DNA of 16,079 nucleotides from a virus (Duplodnaviria; Heunggongvirae; Uroviricota; Caudoviricetes): IMG/VR virus record IMGVR_UViG_2667527777_000009; one strand, 5' to 3'. Shown piece by piece: positions 14,619 to 16,079 of this stretch (position 1 is its first letter; each line of letters starts with the position of its first letter). The notes under the pieces were generated by a model. It saw only the letters and a program-made list of their open reading frames with translations, ran no database searches and was not told where the DNA came from. The position numbers and the translations under genes were made by a program.

Positions 14619-16079
14619 TTATTCATCTTTCGGCGCAGAATGCTGGCGACCAAAAATCACCTCCATCCGCGCACCGCCCAGCATGCTCTCTCCGGCGACG
14701 ATTTTACCCTCATATTGCTCGGTGATTTCGCGGGCTACCGCCAGCCCTACACCTTGCCCAGGGCGTAAAGTATCAACCCGTTGACCACGGTCGAAAATGA
14801 CCTCTCGCTTGCTTAATGGAATACCGGGGCCATCATCCTCGACCACAATATAGAGATGCTCGTCGGTTTGCCTTGCAGAAATTTCGACAAACTCGAGGCA
14901 ATATTTACAGGCATTATCCAGCACGTTGCCCATCACCTCGACAAAATCGTTCTGCTCACCGACAAAGCTGATCTCTGGCGAAATATCGAGAGAGATATTG
15001 ACCCCTTTGCGTTGATACACTTTGTTCAGCGCTGAGGTGAGATTGTCCAGCAGTGGGGCGACCGGATGCAGCTCGCGGCTGAGCAATGTCCCGCCGCGCA
15101 TACTGGCACGATGCAGGTAGTAGCCAATTTGCTGTGAAATGCGGCTGATTTGCTCCAGCATTACCGGCTCAGCATCACTGACGCTCATCTTTTCACTACG
15201 CAGAGAACGCAGCGTACTTTGCAGCACCGCCAGTGGCGTTTTCAGACTATGGGTCAGGTCGGTGAGCGTCGTACGGTATTTGTCGTAACGTTCGCGTTCA
15301 CTTTTTAACAATCGGTTCAGGTTTCGTACCAGACTGGTCAGTTCTCGCGTTGTGGCTGGATTGAGCAATTCGCGGTTATGTTCTTCCAGTTCGCGGACTT
15401 CTTTTGCCAGGGCTTCGATGGGGCGTAAACTCCACCAGGCGGCGACCCACAGCAGCGGGATCACTAACAGCAGATTGGCTGAGAGCACATAGATAAACCA
15501 GCTCCAGACCATATAGGAACTTTTTAGCTCCACCGGAATGGTATCCACCACCACAATGGTTAATTTTGGCATCCGCGATGTTGCCGGGTAGACGTTTACC
15601 GCCACCGAGTGGGTCATCTCCGCGTCGTCATCATCTTCCCGCACTTCCTGCAACTGTTGCTGTATCGAATGATCTCCACTCAGCAAGAGGCTGGTATCGT
15701 TAACATCCGCTTCAATTTCATGAAAACCATTCGATTTCAGCCAGTCAGGCTGGATCATTTTCATCAGCCAGGGCACGTCACGTTGCGCCCATAAAAGCTG
15801 CCCGTTCTCATCATAAATTAGCGTCATGGTGGGGCTTTGCTTGTCGATATTTTCGGGTAACTCGACATGCAACTTATTGTTTTCCCACTGCGCAAGGGTA
15901 TAGAACAGATTGCTCTCGCCACGTAACAGCCGAAACGTAGTTTTATCGAAACTGACGCTATAACCGATCAGCGCGACCATTCCGTAGGCAAGCGAAAGCA
16001 CCAGTACTACCGCTGCCGTTGCCAACAGAAAACGTACCCGCAGCGAGAGCGGGAAAAAAAGACGCAGTAATTTTTTCAT
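14619..16079 (-). CDS. phoQ: Sensor histidine kinase PhoQ (486 aa), Escherichia/Shigella-type
   Basis: Full-length translation recognised as PhoQ from memory (N-terminal [44 protein letters not shown], acidic patch [11 protein letters not shown]-box [10 protein letters not shown]-terminal ...[10 protein letters not shown]); start codon is the last 3 nt of the window. Confidence 0.95.
   Translation of the reverse strand: MKKLLRLFFPLSLRVRFLLATAAVVLVLSLAYGMVALIGYSVSFDKTTFRLLRGESNLFYTLAQWENNKLHVELPENIDKQSPTMTLIYDENGQLLWAQRDVPWLMKMIQPDWLKSNGFHEIEADVNDTSLLLSGDHSIQQQLQEVREDDDDAEMTHSVAVNVYPATSRMPKLTIVVVDTIPVELKSSYMVWSWFIYVLSANLLLVIPLLWVAAWWSLRPIEALAKEVRELEEHNRELLNPATTRELTSLVRNLNRLLKSERERYDKYRTTLTDLTHSLKTPLAVLQSTLRSLRSEKMSVSDAEPVMLEQISRISQQIGYYLHRASMRGGTLLSRELHPVAPLLDNLTSALNKVYQRKGVNISLDISPEISFVGEQNDFVEVMGNVLDNACKYCLEFVEISARQTDEHLYIVVEDDGPGIPLSKREVIFDRGQRVDTLRPGQGVGLAVAREITEQYEGKIVAGESMLGGARMEVIFGRQHSAPKDE

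Overview
The window runs from the start codon of a P4-type tyrosine integrase (pos 1) to the start codon of a minus-strand sensor kinase that I recognise as Escherichia-type PhoQ (14619-16079). Between them lies a ~14 kb integrative element: int, alpA, several small ORFs, a P4-family primase/helicase with an iteron origin, then a complete HK97-type head and DNA-packaging set (major capsid, prohead protease, portal, head-closure, gp6-like connector, HNH, TerS, TerL). No tail, lysis or classical immunity genes are present. I read this as a tail-less, capsid-forming phage satellite (cf-PICI-like). Main anomalies: the capsid gene carries an in-frame TGA, a 68-nt N run sits in terS, an unlisted ribbon-helix-helix gene lies on the minus strand under an implausible 248-aa ORF, and the right end is dense with phased repeats. 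All family assignments are from reading motifs and synteny by eye; no searches were run.
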